DNA of 64,000 nucleotides from Octopus vulgaris (taxonomy: Eukaryota), in assembly GCA_951406725.2 (NCBI GenBank), contig OX597832.1, positions 51,336,001 to 51,400,000 of the forward strand. Direction: 5' to 3'. Positions 1-12,033 of this stretch are shown piece after piece. The position numbers and the translations under genes are program-made. Under the pieces are notes generated by a model. It did not search any database. It worked only from the letters and a program-made list of their open reading frames with translations, and was not told the DNA's origin. The stretch's first letter is position 1. Each line of letters begins with the position of its first letter.

Positions 1-382
1 CAGATTTTCAAAAATTTCAAATTGAAAGACATGGCTTATGCCATAGCTGTTTTGCTTGTAATAAGTGTCTGAAGCTTGGCCTATTTTTATAGAGTGTTCA
101 TGACTCAAATTAGTATATGTTTTAAATATGGTGTGATTGGTAGAGGATAGTCGTGTCACTGATCTGAGAAATTTTTGTACTTTCCTTGCTGTCTGTGTAT
201 TAGTATAAAAGTGATGATGTTTAGCACTATAACTGAAGGCTGACATGGTTGACTGAACAAGTGGAGTGGTAATACTAAACAATCTATGCTCTGAATGTTT
301 TCTGTCAGCATTTATAGAGAATGAACACATAATTAGATTTAGAAGGTTCTAAGCTTAATCACATTCTCTACAAATACTGGAC

Positions 383-778
383 TTACTCTTTTACTCTTTT
401 ACTTGTTTCAGTCATTTGACTGTGGCCATGCTGGAGCACCGCCTTTAATCGAGCAACTCGACCCCGGGACTTATTCTTTTGTAAGCCCAGTGCTTATTCT
501 ATTGGTCTCTTTTGCCGAACCGCTAAGTAACAGGGACGTAAACACACCAGCATCGGTTGTCAAGCAATGCTAGGGGGACAAACACACAAACACACATACG
601 CATATATATATACATATATATGACGGGCTTCTTTCAGTTTCTGTCTACCAAATCCACTCACAAGGCTTTGGTCATCCCGAGGCTATAGTAGAAGACACTT
701 GCCCAAGGTGCCATGCAGTGGGACTGAACCCGGAACCATGTGGCTGGTAAACAAGCTACTTACCACACAGCCACTCCT
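383..778 (-). mobile_element. tRNA-derived SINE family A (dominant repeat, over 20 full or partial copies in the window)
   Basis: On minus: Pol III A box TGGCtgtgTGG, B box GGTTCAGTCC, ccttgggcaagtg core-like segment, internal (TA/CA)n and (AGTAAAAG)n tail. Near-identical copies include 10616-11018, 13481-13887, 14697-15109, 21721-22101, 36729-37160, 43622-43982, 48287-48685, 56698-57100, 58070-58435, 61315-61730 (all -). Confidence 0.9.
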
Positions 779-1129
779 AGGTACATCTCATTGATGAGAG
801 CCAGCTCAAAATATCCATGTCTGAGACCCCTAATAGAGGGCAACACTAAACAAACCAGTGTTTTCCCACCTTTTTCCCACAAGAGAGATTTATTTATTTC
901 TTTACTACCCACAAGGGGCTAAACACAGAAGGGACAAACAAGGACAGACAAAGGGATTAAGTCGATTATATCGATCCCAGTGCGTAACTGGTACTTAATT
1001 TATCGACCCCGAGAGGATGAAAGGCAATGTCGACCTATTCTCTACAGTAACTGCTGTGTATTTGTCTTTTAACAGTTGAAATATGTTCATGACATATTTC
1101 AACTAACCTAAATTCTGCTTATATATATA

Positions 1130-2534
1130 CAGCTTTGGCCAAAAGTATTAGGTCACCCCAAAGTTTTGAGGTTCTGCTATCTCAATGTTAATGAAACTCA
1201 TGCACGTGGTGATTATGGTATATTTCACAATATACAATAGTTTTCATATCTGGTTGACCCTCCTTTAGCATCAATTACCTATTTCTTTACTACCCATAAG
1301 GGGCTAAACATAGAGGGGACAAACAAGGACAGACAAATGGATTAAGTCGATTATATCGACCCCAGAGCGTGACTGGTACTTAATTTATGGACCCCAGGAG
1401 GATGAAAGGCAAAGTCGACCTCGGCGGAATTTGAACTTACAACGTAACGGCAGACAAAATACCTATTTCTTTATTACCCACAAGGGGCTAAACACAGAGG
1501 GAACAAACAAGGACAGACATAGGTATTAAGTCGATTACATCGACCCCAGTTCGTAACTGGTACTTAATTTATCGACCCCGAAAGGAAGTGGAAGGCAAAG
1601 TCGACCTTGGCAGAATTTGAACTCAGAACGTAACAGCAGACAAAATACTGCTAAGCATTTCACCCGTGCGTACCGCTTTCATACGGTTAGGCATTGGATC
1701 AACTAGTTTCTTGCAGATACTAAGCGTAATTTTACTCCATTCTACTCTCAGCTTTTGGTACAAATTTTTAATTTTTGTTCCTGATAGCTTCACCAAGAGT
1801 TCTCTATAGGTGTTTGATTGGATTTAGATTGGGACTTTGAGCTGGCCAGTCCATGGGAACAATTCCCTGTGTCTCAAACCATTGATGAGTATCACAGACA
1901 AATGGATTAAGTCGATTATATCGACCCCAGAGCGTGACTGGTACTTAATTTATGGACCCCAGGAGGATGAAAGGCAAAGTCGACCTCGGCAGAATTTGAA
2001 CTTACAACGTAACGGTAGACAAAATACCTATTTCTTTATTACCCACAAGGGGCTAAACACAGAGGGAACAAACAAGGACAGACATAGGTATTAAGTCGAT
2101 TACATCGACCCCAGTTCGTAACTGGTACTTAATTTATCGACCCCGAAAGGATGGAAGGCAAAGTCGACCTTGGCAGAATTTGAACTCAGAACGTAACAGC
2201 AGACAAAATACTGCTAAGCATTTCACCCGGCGTACCGCTTTCATACGGTTAGGCATTGGATCAACTAGTTTCTTGCAGATACTAAGCGTAATTTTACTCC
2301 ATTCTACTCTCAGCTTTTGGTACAAATTTTTAATTTTTGTTCCTGATAGCTTCACCAAGAGTTCTCTATAGGTGTTTGATTGGATTTAGATTGGGACTTT
2401 GAGCTGGCCAGTCCATGGGAACAATTCCCTGTGTCTCAAACCATTGATGAGTATTCTTTGCTGTATGACATGGAGCGTTGTCTTGTTGAAAGATAACAGT
2501 TTTTCGACACTCCTAATACTTTTGGACAAGGCTG
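1130..2534 (-). mobile_element. Internally deleted Tc1-family DNA transposon with SINE insertion and internal tandem duplication
   Basis: TA-flanked 23-bp TIRs (cagctttggccaaaagtattagg / cctaatacttttggacaaggctg, 21/23 match). Minus strand encodes [14 protein letters not shown]...[15 protein letters not shown] and later LVDPMPNRMKAV...VIDAKG, the C-terminal part of a Tc1 DD34E transposase, with stops and frameshifts. Confidence 0.88.
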
Positions 2535-2546
2535 TATATATATATA

Positions 2547-2585
<39 letters not shown>

Positions 2586-2604
2586 TATTATATATGTGTG
2601 TGTG

Positions 2605-2666
<62 letters not shown>

Positions 2667-2920
2667 TATGAATTTGTGTTGCAAGATTTGCTGAAGAGGT
2701 CACAGATGTGTGACAAAAGATTTCTGGACAATTGACATCAGTTAAAATAAGAGGAGTAATAAATGAGTGAAGAACAAATATATAGCACGTGTGTTTATAA
2801 AAAAAAAAAAAGAAATGACCATCCCAAAATAGAGCGCCATACTAATACAATTGTTTGTTTGTATTCCACCTGCCTTCGTCTTTTGTTTATTTTCATAAAG
2901 CTTCCCGTTATATATATATA

Positions 2921-3426
2921 CTAGCAGTATCGCCCGGCGTTGCTCGGGTTTGTAAGGGAAATAACTATATAAGCATTTTTAGAGAGTTACTTCCCTTATA
3001 AATTCGGGCTTTCTTAGCCATTTTTGTTTTGCTGTCTTCAAGCCATGAAGTCGTTGTTCTAAAAGAACGCTGGTTTCCTTCACAACGCATTACGATGTTG
3101 ATTTCTTTACACTCCCTTCCCCACAGCTTCACGAGGGAGGGAAGGGGGAGAAGCAAACAGGTGCAGCTGTGAGCGTGGACGCCAACTCCGCCGCCATCGA
3201 CATACGATGCATTTTATGCATTAAAATGGAATAAAAAATGATGTTAAATTATTTTTAAAATCGTAGACTCATCGTTGACGCACGCTAATAGTCAGACGGG
3301 CTCGATATGAATCACGACTATAAGATACCCGAATTTGGTTAAACTGCACCGCAAAATGTGGGAGGAGTTAGGAATCTAAATCGAAGGGGACAGACACTCA
3401 CACAACTAGAGTTTTATATATATAGA
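2921..3426 (-). mobile_element. Non-autonomous Helitron
   Basis: Minus strand starts TC(TATA) and ends CTAG, preceded by hairpin CCCGAGcaacgCCGGG. Inserted between A and T with no TSD. Confidence 0.75.
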
Positions 3427-4459
3427 TATATAAGTGGGATGACCACTATGTGGACATCCATTATGCTAGAAGTAGATCCGCTATGGTCTTACCACTAAGA
3501 AAAGGATGTTCTCAAGAAAATTTACCAAATGCCAGAATGTAAGCGAGCAAGACAAATGATAATAAAGGAAATCTACTGTAATCAGCTTGAGCAGCTTAAG
3601 TCAGCACTAGAAGAAAAATGACCATCTTTGGTTTCAAGATGAAAAGTGTTCTTCATCATCATCATCATCATCATCATCATCGTTTAACATCCGTTTTCCG
3701 TGCTAGCACGGGTTGGACGGTTCGACCGGGATCTGGGAAGCCAGGAGGCTGCACCAGACTCCAGTCTGATCTGGCAGAGTTTCTACAGCTGGATGCCCTT
3801 CCTAACGCCAACCACTCTGCGAGTGTAGTGGGTGCTTTTTACGTGCCACCTGCACAGGTGCCAGGGGGGTCCAGCATCGGCCACGATCGGTTGGTGCTTT
3901 TAACGTGCCACCAGCACGGAAGCCAGCCAAGGCGGCGCTGGCAACGGCCACGTTCGGATGGTGCTTTTTATGTGCCACCGGCACACACCAGGATAATGCC
4001 CAGCTACATACAGCAAGGATGACATTTGAAAGGCTGGAGTAGCTTGAGTTGGAAATGATGCCCCACCTGCCATATTCATCGGACATTGCCCCATCTGATT
4101 ATCATTTATTCTGCAGTCTTCAAAATCATTCTGCTATAACAATGGATTGACCAATGCCTTGTGAGAGGATTTGATAGATGGAAACTAAAAGACCTTTGTG
4201 TGTATGTATTCTTCCTTTCTATCCCTTGACCTTGTGGTTGTTGAGGCATTAGTTGAAGACGTTGCAATCAGATTTTGCCATTCCTCTTAGTCTTCTGCTG
4301 CCATCTGTGAGCCAGCAAGATTAAGGCCTGTGATGCTAGGAGTCATCAAGTGAGAGATTAAGAGTTGGATGAGGACTAGTGATGCCTGTCCACCTGACTG
4401 TCCCAGGCAAGGGACAGCTGCCTGATATCAAAGATACTACCTCTATTCAGAGTCCCCTA

Positions 4460-4789
4460 CATCATTTTAATGTCTATTTTATTGAATTTATTGAGGCAAT
4501 TTTTCCATGGCCAACCCTTACCAGTTTCCAAAGCAAGTTAATATTTTCCCACGGCCAGACATGTTTTTGCGGAATATTGGAAACGAACGATATTCATTTA
4601 TGACAATATGTATGTTTGTATCTTTTGTCTTGACATTACACAATTGTCATAAATGAATGTCGTTCTTTTTCGATATTCTTTAAAAGCATGTCTGGCCGTG
4701 GGAAAATATCAACTTGCTTGGAAACTGGTACGGGTTGGCCATGGAAAAATTGCCTCTATAAATTCAATAAAATAGACATTAAAATGATG
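4460..4789. repeat. Inverted repeat with ~108-bp arms and ~115-bp spacer
   Basis: catcattttaatgtctattttattgaattta...ggccagacatg is mirrored at 4682-4789 with a few mismatches. Confidence 0.85.
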
Positions 4790-5139
4790 ATGATGATGAT
4801 ACCTCTCCACATTCTTGACACTCACACGACTGCATGATGTAAGTTCGTTGCTGAAATTCCAGTTGCTATCATTAGCTGTATGGGCATGTCACAAATAGAT
4901 TCATGGAGGTACATGTTTCTGTTCGTGTACTTTCTCAGAAGACAAAGAATGATATGCACTTGGTTTCCACCTCTAGTTAACGAATATGCACATGAAGCTA
5001 ACAATAGAACCTCTTAAGTTGTCAAACCAGTTACTTGTGTGACAAAAAGCCACAGAAAATCAACCCAGTTCTTTTTATGTTCAAAATTTGAATCTTGTCA
5101 AGGTTAACTTTGTCTTTTGTCTTTCCAGAGTGCATGCAT

Positions 5140-5335
5140 ATGAGGTGTTGCTGAAAAGTTCCTGGCTTTTGGTAAACGATAATACAGGAGGATCAGTTAA
5201 TTATGATTTTATTCAATGTATTCACCTCTCAAATTCACATACGTATTGCAGCGGTCTCTTAGTTTTTCTGTAAAAGAATTTGGAAGTTTGGGCCTCCAGC
5301 CAGACCTTTCACGATACCCTTGAAGCCAGGAACTA
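5140..5335. mobile_element. Decayed mariner-type MITE
   Basis: tatgaggtgttgctgaaaagttcctggcttt at left and partial inverted gaagccaggaact at right. Confidence 0.45.
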
Positions 5336-5644
5336 CCATGCTACACTACTTTTTGACAATTCATATGTCTTATAACTTCATCTTGCCAAAATACAAACTG
5401 AGCTCTCGTATGGGGATTCAACTTCAAATTTATTTCTAAAAAAAAAAAGAAAAAGAAAAGAAAGAGTTGCTGATGTTTCGTTCAAGCTTCTCTTGAGAGA
5501 GGATCAAAGGCTGATACGAACTACGTGGCACATTAGTGCTCTCTTAAACTAACCAATCGCTTTTATTTATGTAGATGGCTCGGTCTATCTTAGCTATACG
5601 GATATTTTAACTAAGAAATTCAAACGATCCTCCTATACACAAAA

Positions 5645-5700
<56 letters not shown>

Positions 5701-6214
5701 ATACATACATATACACATACACACACACATATATATATTTAATACATTTATGTATATATATATATATATATTTAATACACATATATATATATATATAATA
5801 CACACACACACATATATAATATAATATATGTATATATAATATACACATATGTATATATGTGTGGGTGTATATACACATGTACGTATATATAATGCCTGAT
5901 TGATAACCCTCCTTATTGCTGAATACAATTTTTTTAAAACTCAAAGCAATTAGAAAAATTAACGAATCTTGAAGTTTCAAATTTTTTAGTTAACTAGAAA
6001 ATCCCGTCCATCAAAAAGAAAAGATCCAAATTAACTAATAGAAAGGTCGTGGTTGTTTAACCACTATAGTGTATAATATTCCTAACTCTGTTAGTATCAG
6101 TCACTGGACCACGGCCATGCTGGTGTACTTAACATATATACATGTGTGTATGTGTGCGCGTGTGTATTAACGACATAATATATGCAAGTTTAAATACACA
6201 CACATATATACATG

Positions 6215-6413
<199 letters not shown>

Positions 6414-8369
6414 TGTAATATATAATATATACATGTACTGTATAAATATATTATTTTGTATGTCATTACTAATTAGCGAATTACAAATTTCGGTTTAATT
6501 ATTTTTTTTTTACCACTAATCAATAATCCAATAATCCAAACATCAGGTTGTCGATCAATTCAAGTGTACCTGATTATATATACACGTTTCGTGGCAGGTA
6601 ATTTAAATACCCGCTTATAAAAGCGTAAGGTATAGCAAGCAATCATTACAGCATGTACTTTATATGCACTTTCTGACAAGTTGTGGTGCACCTGAGCACT
6701 GTATATACAATAATTTCATTATTATATTATTATCATCTATTTAGTTTTCAGCTTTAAAAAGGTTAAAAGATATAGTGTTGAGTGAGTCTAACTGTAGTAA
6801 ATTATGTAGTGCCTGCAATGGAGATAAGAGCCGCAACGGAAATGCTTGACATTCTGAGCTAAGGCTAACCGCCATCAACGACAATAGGATGGGAAATACA
6901 TATGCCTCCTTGTGATATAGAACAAGAGGTTGCATATGTTCAGCGCTCTTTATTAGTGAATTAACCAGATATATAATAACAAAATAATAATAATAATAAC
7001 GAAAAAAACTAACAAAAAATATTACAATAATAAAATTGATAACGATGATGGGGATTAGTGTAAAATAATGTAATTTATATAGGAAACAGATCTTTAATCG
7101 CCTGATGTGAAGCCATAATATTATTAATTGACCTCACACAATTTACACAGGTAGGAGGGCTACAGTGTGTGGGTGAGCAAAATGTGGTAGAAGAAGGAAG
7201 GGAAAACGATTTCATTTTGTTTAACTGCCTGGTATGTGAGTGGGGGAGTTATTGTGTTGATTTTCCTTTTAAATTCGTTTAATTTGCATTTTTTTTATGT
7301 ATATATATATATCGTTTTTATTTCGTTCTAATTTACTTCTTACATGAGATGTGAGTCAATAGATTTTTATATAAGGTGGGAGGAAGGGGGGACTAGGACA
7401 CGAGATAGTGCGACGGTTTGTGCCTTTCTCGAAATGTGTAATTAAATTAAATTGAATTAAACGAACAAAGCAATGAGAGCCTTTATGTAGTCGCCGTACC
7501 CACCAGAAACAGCAGCAATATTACTCTAATTCCATTATAAAGTTAAAAACATAGGATAATATTGTCGGAAATAAAACTATGTCTGAAAGGACACGAGGGG
7601 GGGTCGTGGCTTTTGATTTAGTTATGGGGCTACTCGGTTATGGATAAGCAACAATAAAATGTATGTTTAGATATAGAGGGCACACGAGAGAGGATAAAAA
7701 TGAGAGAATCCAGTAGGGTTAATGATATTAAGACAAATGAAAAAGCCTGGTTTTATCCAGGAGTGAATACCGAATAAGCGATTCGGATAATTCTTACTTT
7801 TATTCCAGGGAACTTTCCCCTCAACAAATACAGGTTTATTATTTTAAAATTAGACACAAACCCCTGTATTCTTTTGACTATACGCATGTAGATTAGCCAT
7901 ACGGAGTTTTTATGTAGCCACTTATATTTCCGTTACCGAAAGGGTGTTGGCTACATAACTGAACTTACAGTTGTGAATAAAAACCGGTTTAGACTCCGCT
8001 CATAAACGAGCTTTTATACTACGTCTTGTGTTTGTCAATATCGATTTCTGATACAAGACATTAAATTTATAAGGAATAAAGAAAGGGAATTAGTATGTGC
8101 GGAGTTGGGAACCGTTTTTCTATGGTACTTAATAACGAGTGAGTAAAGGAATCTAATCTATTTTAACCAGGAAGGTCAACATCGGTTTGCGAATTGCTTT
8201 GGTTATCGATTACTGATACTCACTTAACATTTGAGAAGGAAAGAGACTAAAAATAACACCTCATAACGGATATTACTAACTCGAGATTATAGAAGCAAGC
8301 ATTGCAACGTAGGTTAAGATCCGAATAATCTATAAGTTCGGCCTGTTAGAAAAAAACAGCCACATCTTA

Positions 8370-10086
8370 TTGGGTTGGTAACTAAGTTCCCGCCGTTTTT
8401 TTTTTAATTTTGGAATCTATTTTTTCGAGAATTCTATTTTTGAATCATTTTGTTGTTGTTTTTTGTTGTTTTTTTTTTTGTTAATTTTAGTTTATTAAAA
8501 TCATTAAAATGGAATGTCAAGTTAAGAAAAACGAGCATTTTCGACACCTCCTGCTTTTTGCTTTTGATCAAGGTTCTAAGGCCGCAAAAGTTGCTCGCAA
8601 CATGTGTGCTGTGTATGGAGAGGGTGCCATAGCGGAAAGAACCGCTCGTGATTGGTATACCAAGTTCAAAAATGGAAATTTTGACCTCAAAGACGCACAT
8701 CGTTCTGGCCGTCCAGAGCGATTAAACCAACTTTTGCATGAAAATTCTCGTCAAACGACAAGGGAACATGGCAGGGATCTTTTCCTTTTGAACGGCACTT
8801 TTCAACACAATTTCTAGTTAACTAAACACTTTTAAACTTCGTATACTGGTAGAATGTGTCAAAATAAAACATTTTTTTCTCTTGGCTTTCTTGAGAAAAT
8901 TGTAATTTGTAAGTTTAATGTAGTTTAATTTTTCGAATTTTAACCAATCAATTGCCTCTAGTGAGCTAAAATCATTTGCTGAGTCTAAAACTGAGACAAC
9001 ATCCTGTCACTAACCCTAACCCTCACCCTCACCCCCAACCTAACACTAAATATTAGCTTTTCGTTTTTTTTCTCCTTAATTGTTAAATTAATTTAAGGAT
9101 AACAATTAAGAAAAAAAAACGAAAGCAGTGGAAAATAATTTAAACAATTAACAAACAAAATAATTCTATAATTTTCGTACGTATACATAACAAAAGGCTA
9201 CAACGAAAGCAAAAACTCAAAACAAATAATTTTAGACACACGCGTAACAATTAAATTAATTTAACAATTAAGAAAAAAACAAACCGAAAGACTAAAATTT
9301 AGGGTGAGGGTTAGGGTTAGTTACAGGATGTTGTCTCAGTTTTAGACGCAGCAAATAATTTTAGCTCAAAAGAGAGCATAGGATTGGTTAAAATTCGAAA
9401 AATTAAACTACGTTAAACAAACAAATTACAATTTTCTCAAGAAAGCCAAGAGAAAAAAATGTTTTATTTTGACACATTCTAGCAGTATACGAAGTTTTAA
9501 AGTGTTTAGTTAACCAGAAATTATGTTGAAAAGTGCCATTCAAAAGCAAAAGATCCCATGGCAGAGAAAATGGAACGCTCTCACACTGCTACAGAGAAGC
9601 ATCTTTACTCGATGGGAAAGGTTCAGAAGTTTGGAGCATGGGTTTTGCATGCTTTAAGTGACAACAAAAATCAGTGAGCCACAATCTCCGCTGGTTTGCT
9701 TGCTCGTCACTGCTCAATTCATGGACACAAGCAACGATTTCTTTCCCGAATCATTACTGGCGAAGAAACATGGTGCCTGTACATCAATTTGAAGCAGTGT
9801 AAGGAATGGCTTAGCCTCGGTAAACAAGGGACACCGTGGGTGAAACGATGTTGTGCGTATGGTGAATTGCTTGAACGGAACCAAACAATCAACGTGGAAC
9901 AATTCAACAGATGGAACGACTCAACACGGCTATTCAAGAGAAAAGACCTAATCAGCGGCATGGAGTTCTTCTGCTGCATGACAACGCCCGCCCTCATATT
10001 GCCAATATGACCAAGGAAGCCATTCAAACGCATGGCTGAGAAGTGCTGCCACACAAGCTGTACTCTCCTGATTTGGCACCAATTAT
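8370..10086 (+). mobile_element. Decayed mariner (DD34D-type) element, transposase pseudogene from 8509, split by a MITE
   Basis: TA then TIR-like ttgggttggtaactaagttcccgccgtttt. Translation gives MECQVKKNEHFRHLLLFAF...WYTKFKNGNFDLKDAHRSGRP, and after the insert GAWVLHAL (WVPHEL motif), RIITGEETW, HDNARPH and YSPDLAP. Stops, frameshifts and no right TIR. Confidence 0.92.
8775..9556. mobile_element. Foldback MITE with long TIRs, internal telomere-like repeats and 8-bp TSD (possibly Merlin-type)
   Basis: Termini GGATCTTT...AAAGATCC. TSD CATGGCAG at 8767-8774 and 9557-9564. Arms of roughly 300 bp are reverse complements and carry (CCCTAA)-like and (TTAGGG)-like runs. Confidence 0.85.
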
Positions 10087-11679
10087 TTGTTGTTTTTTTT
10101 TTCTTCAATTTCTGCAATTTCAACCAATCACTGACGTCTATTGAGGTAAAAAACATTCTGTGCCATATGAATATGTCCCTCCTTTAAGAAACAGATTGGG
10201 TTTATTTACATTTGTGAAGAAAAAAGATACCCTTCCCCCACCCCTAACCCTAACTAATCCTCCATCAACTGAGATTATCCCAAAACTCCCTCTGAGGAAG
10301 TTTTAAAATCTATGCGATTTCACATTCCACGGCAATAAAAATGTGCCGATCCTAGGCAAAGGATGGACGTAAGTGTAAGTGAAGTATTTGTCACTGAAAG
10401 AAAGAGATAAGTTTAAAGAGCAGTTGAATAGGGAAGATAGGCAGGCAAGTTGTTGACAAATACAGATTGAAGTAGGATTTGGCCAGTGACGTCACATCCA
10501 CCGCCATAAACAGCCTCCTGCTGCAGAATTTTGAATTTTGGATTACTTCTTTTTTTTTTTTTTTTTTTTTGACTTTTTCTTACTAAATCACAATTTCTGA
10601 ATGTTACTCTATGCACTCTTTTTTACTTGTTTCAGTCATTTGACTGCGGCCATGCTGGAGCACCGCCTTTAGTCGAGCAACTCGACCCCGGGACTTATTC
10701 TTTGTAAGCCCAGTACTTATTCTATCGGTCTCTTTTGCCGAACCGCTAAGTGACGGGGACGTAAACACACCAGCATCGGTTGTCAAGCAATGCTAGGGGA
10801 ACAAACACAGACACACAAACATATTCACACACACTTATATATATATATACATATATACGACAGGCTTCTTTCAGTTTCCGTCTACCAAATCCACTCACAA
10901 GGCATTGGTCGGCCCGGGGCTATAGCAGAAGACACTTGCCCAAGATGCCATGCAGTGGGACTGAACCCGGAACCATGTGGTTGGTTAGCAAGCTACTTAC
11001 CAAACAGCCACTCCTGCGCACTGTCTAAAGTATTGACATGAACATCTAAAAAAGATTTTTACATTACTCGTTTAGAAATACTTTTTCGGTTTCTGATTAC
11101 AAACTGGAAATTGGAAAATTATCGTAAGCAATCGACATTGAAATTTTGAGAAAGGAATGAAAAATAAGATTGTAATCTCCGTATTTTTAAAACATGGAAT
11201 ACCTCGACCCCTTCTGAAAATTTTTTTCGAAATGAAGTTAAAAGCTGAATATTGAGAGTAAAGGGTGATTAAAATTCAAAAAGCCTTTTATTTTTGTTGT
11301 TTCTTTTCTTCTTTTTGGTTAAAATCGTTATTTCCGTTGTTGAAAAACATAAGAACCTGAAGAAATTTTTGGAAAACAAAAATAAAAAAAAGAGGAATGG
11401 CTATGTGACACGTCTGCATGGACAAGTAGTACCTATGAATTTTTACAAGGGCTTCGAGACTGGTAGGATAGAGTGAGGGGGAAAGGTATCTTCAAACCAA
11501 AAACCTAGTCCGAATGCTTGCTACGAAAGGGAGATCTACTGATGGTGCATTGTGTTCTTGAGCAAAACACTTCAATCACGTTGCTTCTGTTATAAATGAG
11601 TAATCCTGCAACATACTGGCTTACTGTTTGGGGATAATGTTGCAATACCAGACATTTATGCATCATGGAAATTGATTAA

Positions 11680-12033
11680 CCGACGCCAGCGCCGCATAGA
11701 CCAGCTTCCGTGCCGGTGACACGTAAAAAGCACCATCTGAACGTGGCCGATGCCAGCGCCGCCTTGACTGGATTCCGTGCCGGTGGCACGTAAAAAGCAC
11801 CAATCTGATCGTGGTCGTTGCCAGCCTCGCCTGGCACCTGTGCCGGTGGCACGTAAAAAGCACCCACTACACTCACAGAGTAGTTGGCGTTAGGAAGGGC
11901 ATCCAGCTGTAGAAACACTGCCAGATCAGACTGGAGCCTGGTGCAGCCTTCTCGCTTACCAGATCCCCGGTCGAACCGTCCAACCCATGCTAGCATGGAG
12001 AACGGATGTTAAACGATGATGATGATGATGATG
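11680..12033 (+). mobile_element. SINE family D with internal short tandem units, Meta-domain-like segment and (GAT)n tail
   Basis: Repeated gtgccggtggcacgtaaaaagcacc units, ttggcgttaggaagggcatccagc segment and gttaaacgatgatgat tail. Copies at 3654-3985, 16808-17035, 50432-50960, 55075-55465 (-) and 52262-52433, 53190-53377 (+). Confidence 0.8.

Noticed and set aside
4803-5016. Short open frames in unique-looking sequence
   Set aside because: No recognisable protein motif or convincing splice-site pair.
8509-8817. Functional transposase or SETMAR-like gene
   Set aside because: Interrupted by a MITE, with stop codon, frameshifts and first catalytic Asp changed (TGEETW). No SET exon seen.
10780-11041. 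Recurrent short ORFs such as RRASFSFRLPNPLTR and LLSVSVYQIHSQG
   Set aside because: Translations of SINE family A with variable stops and frames between copies.
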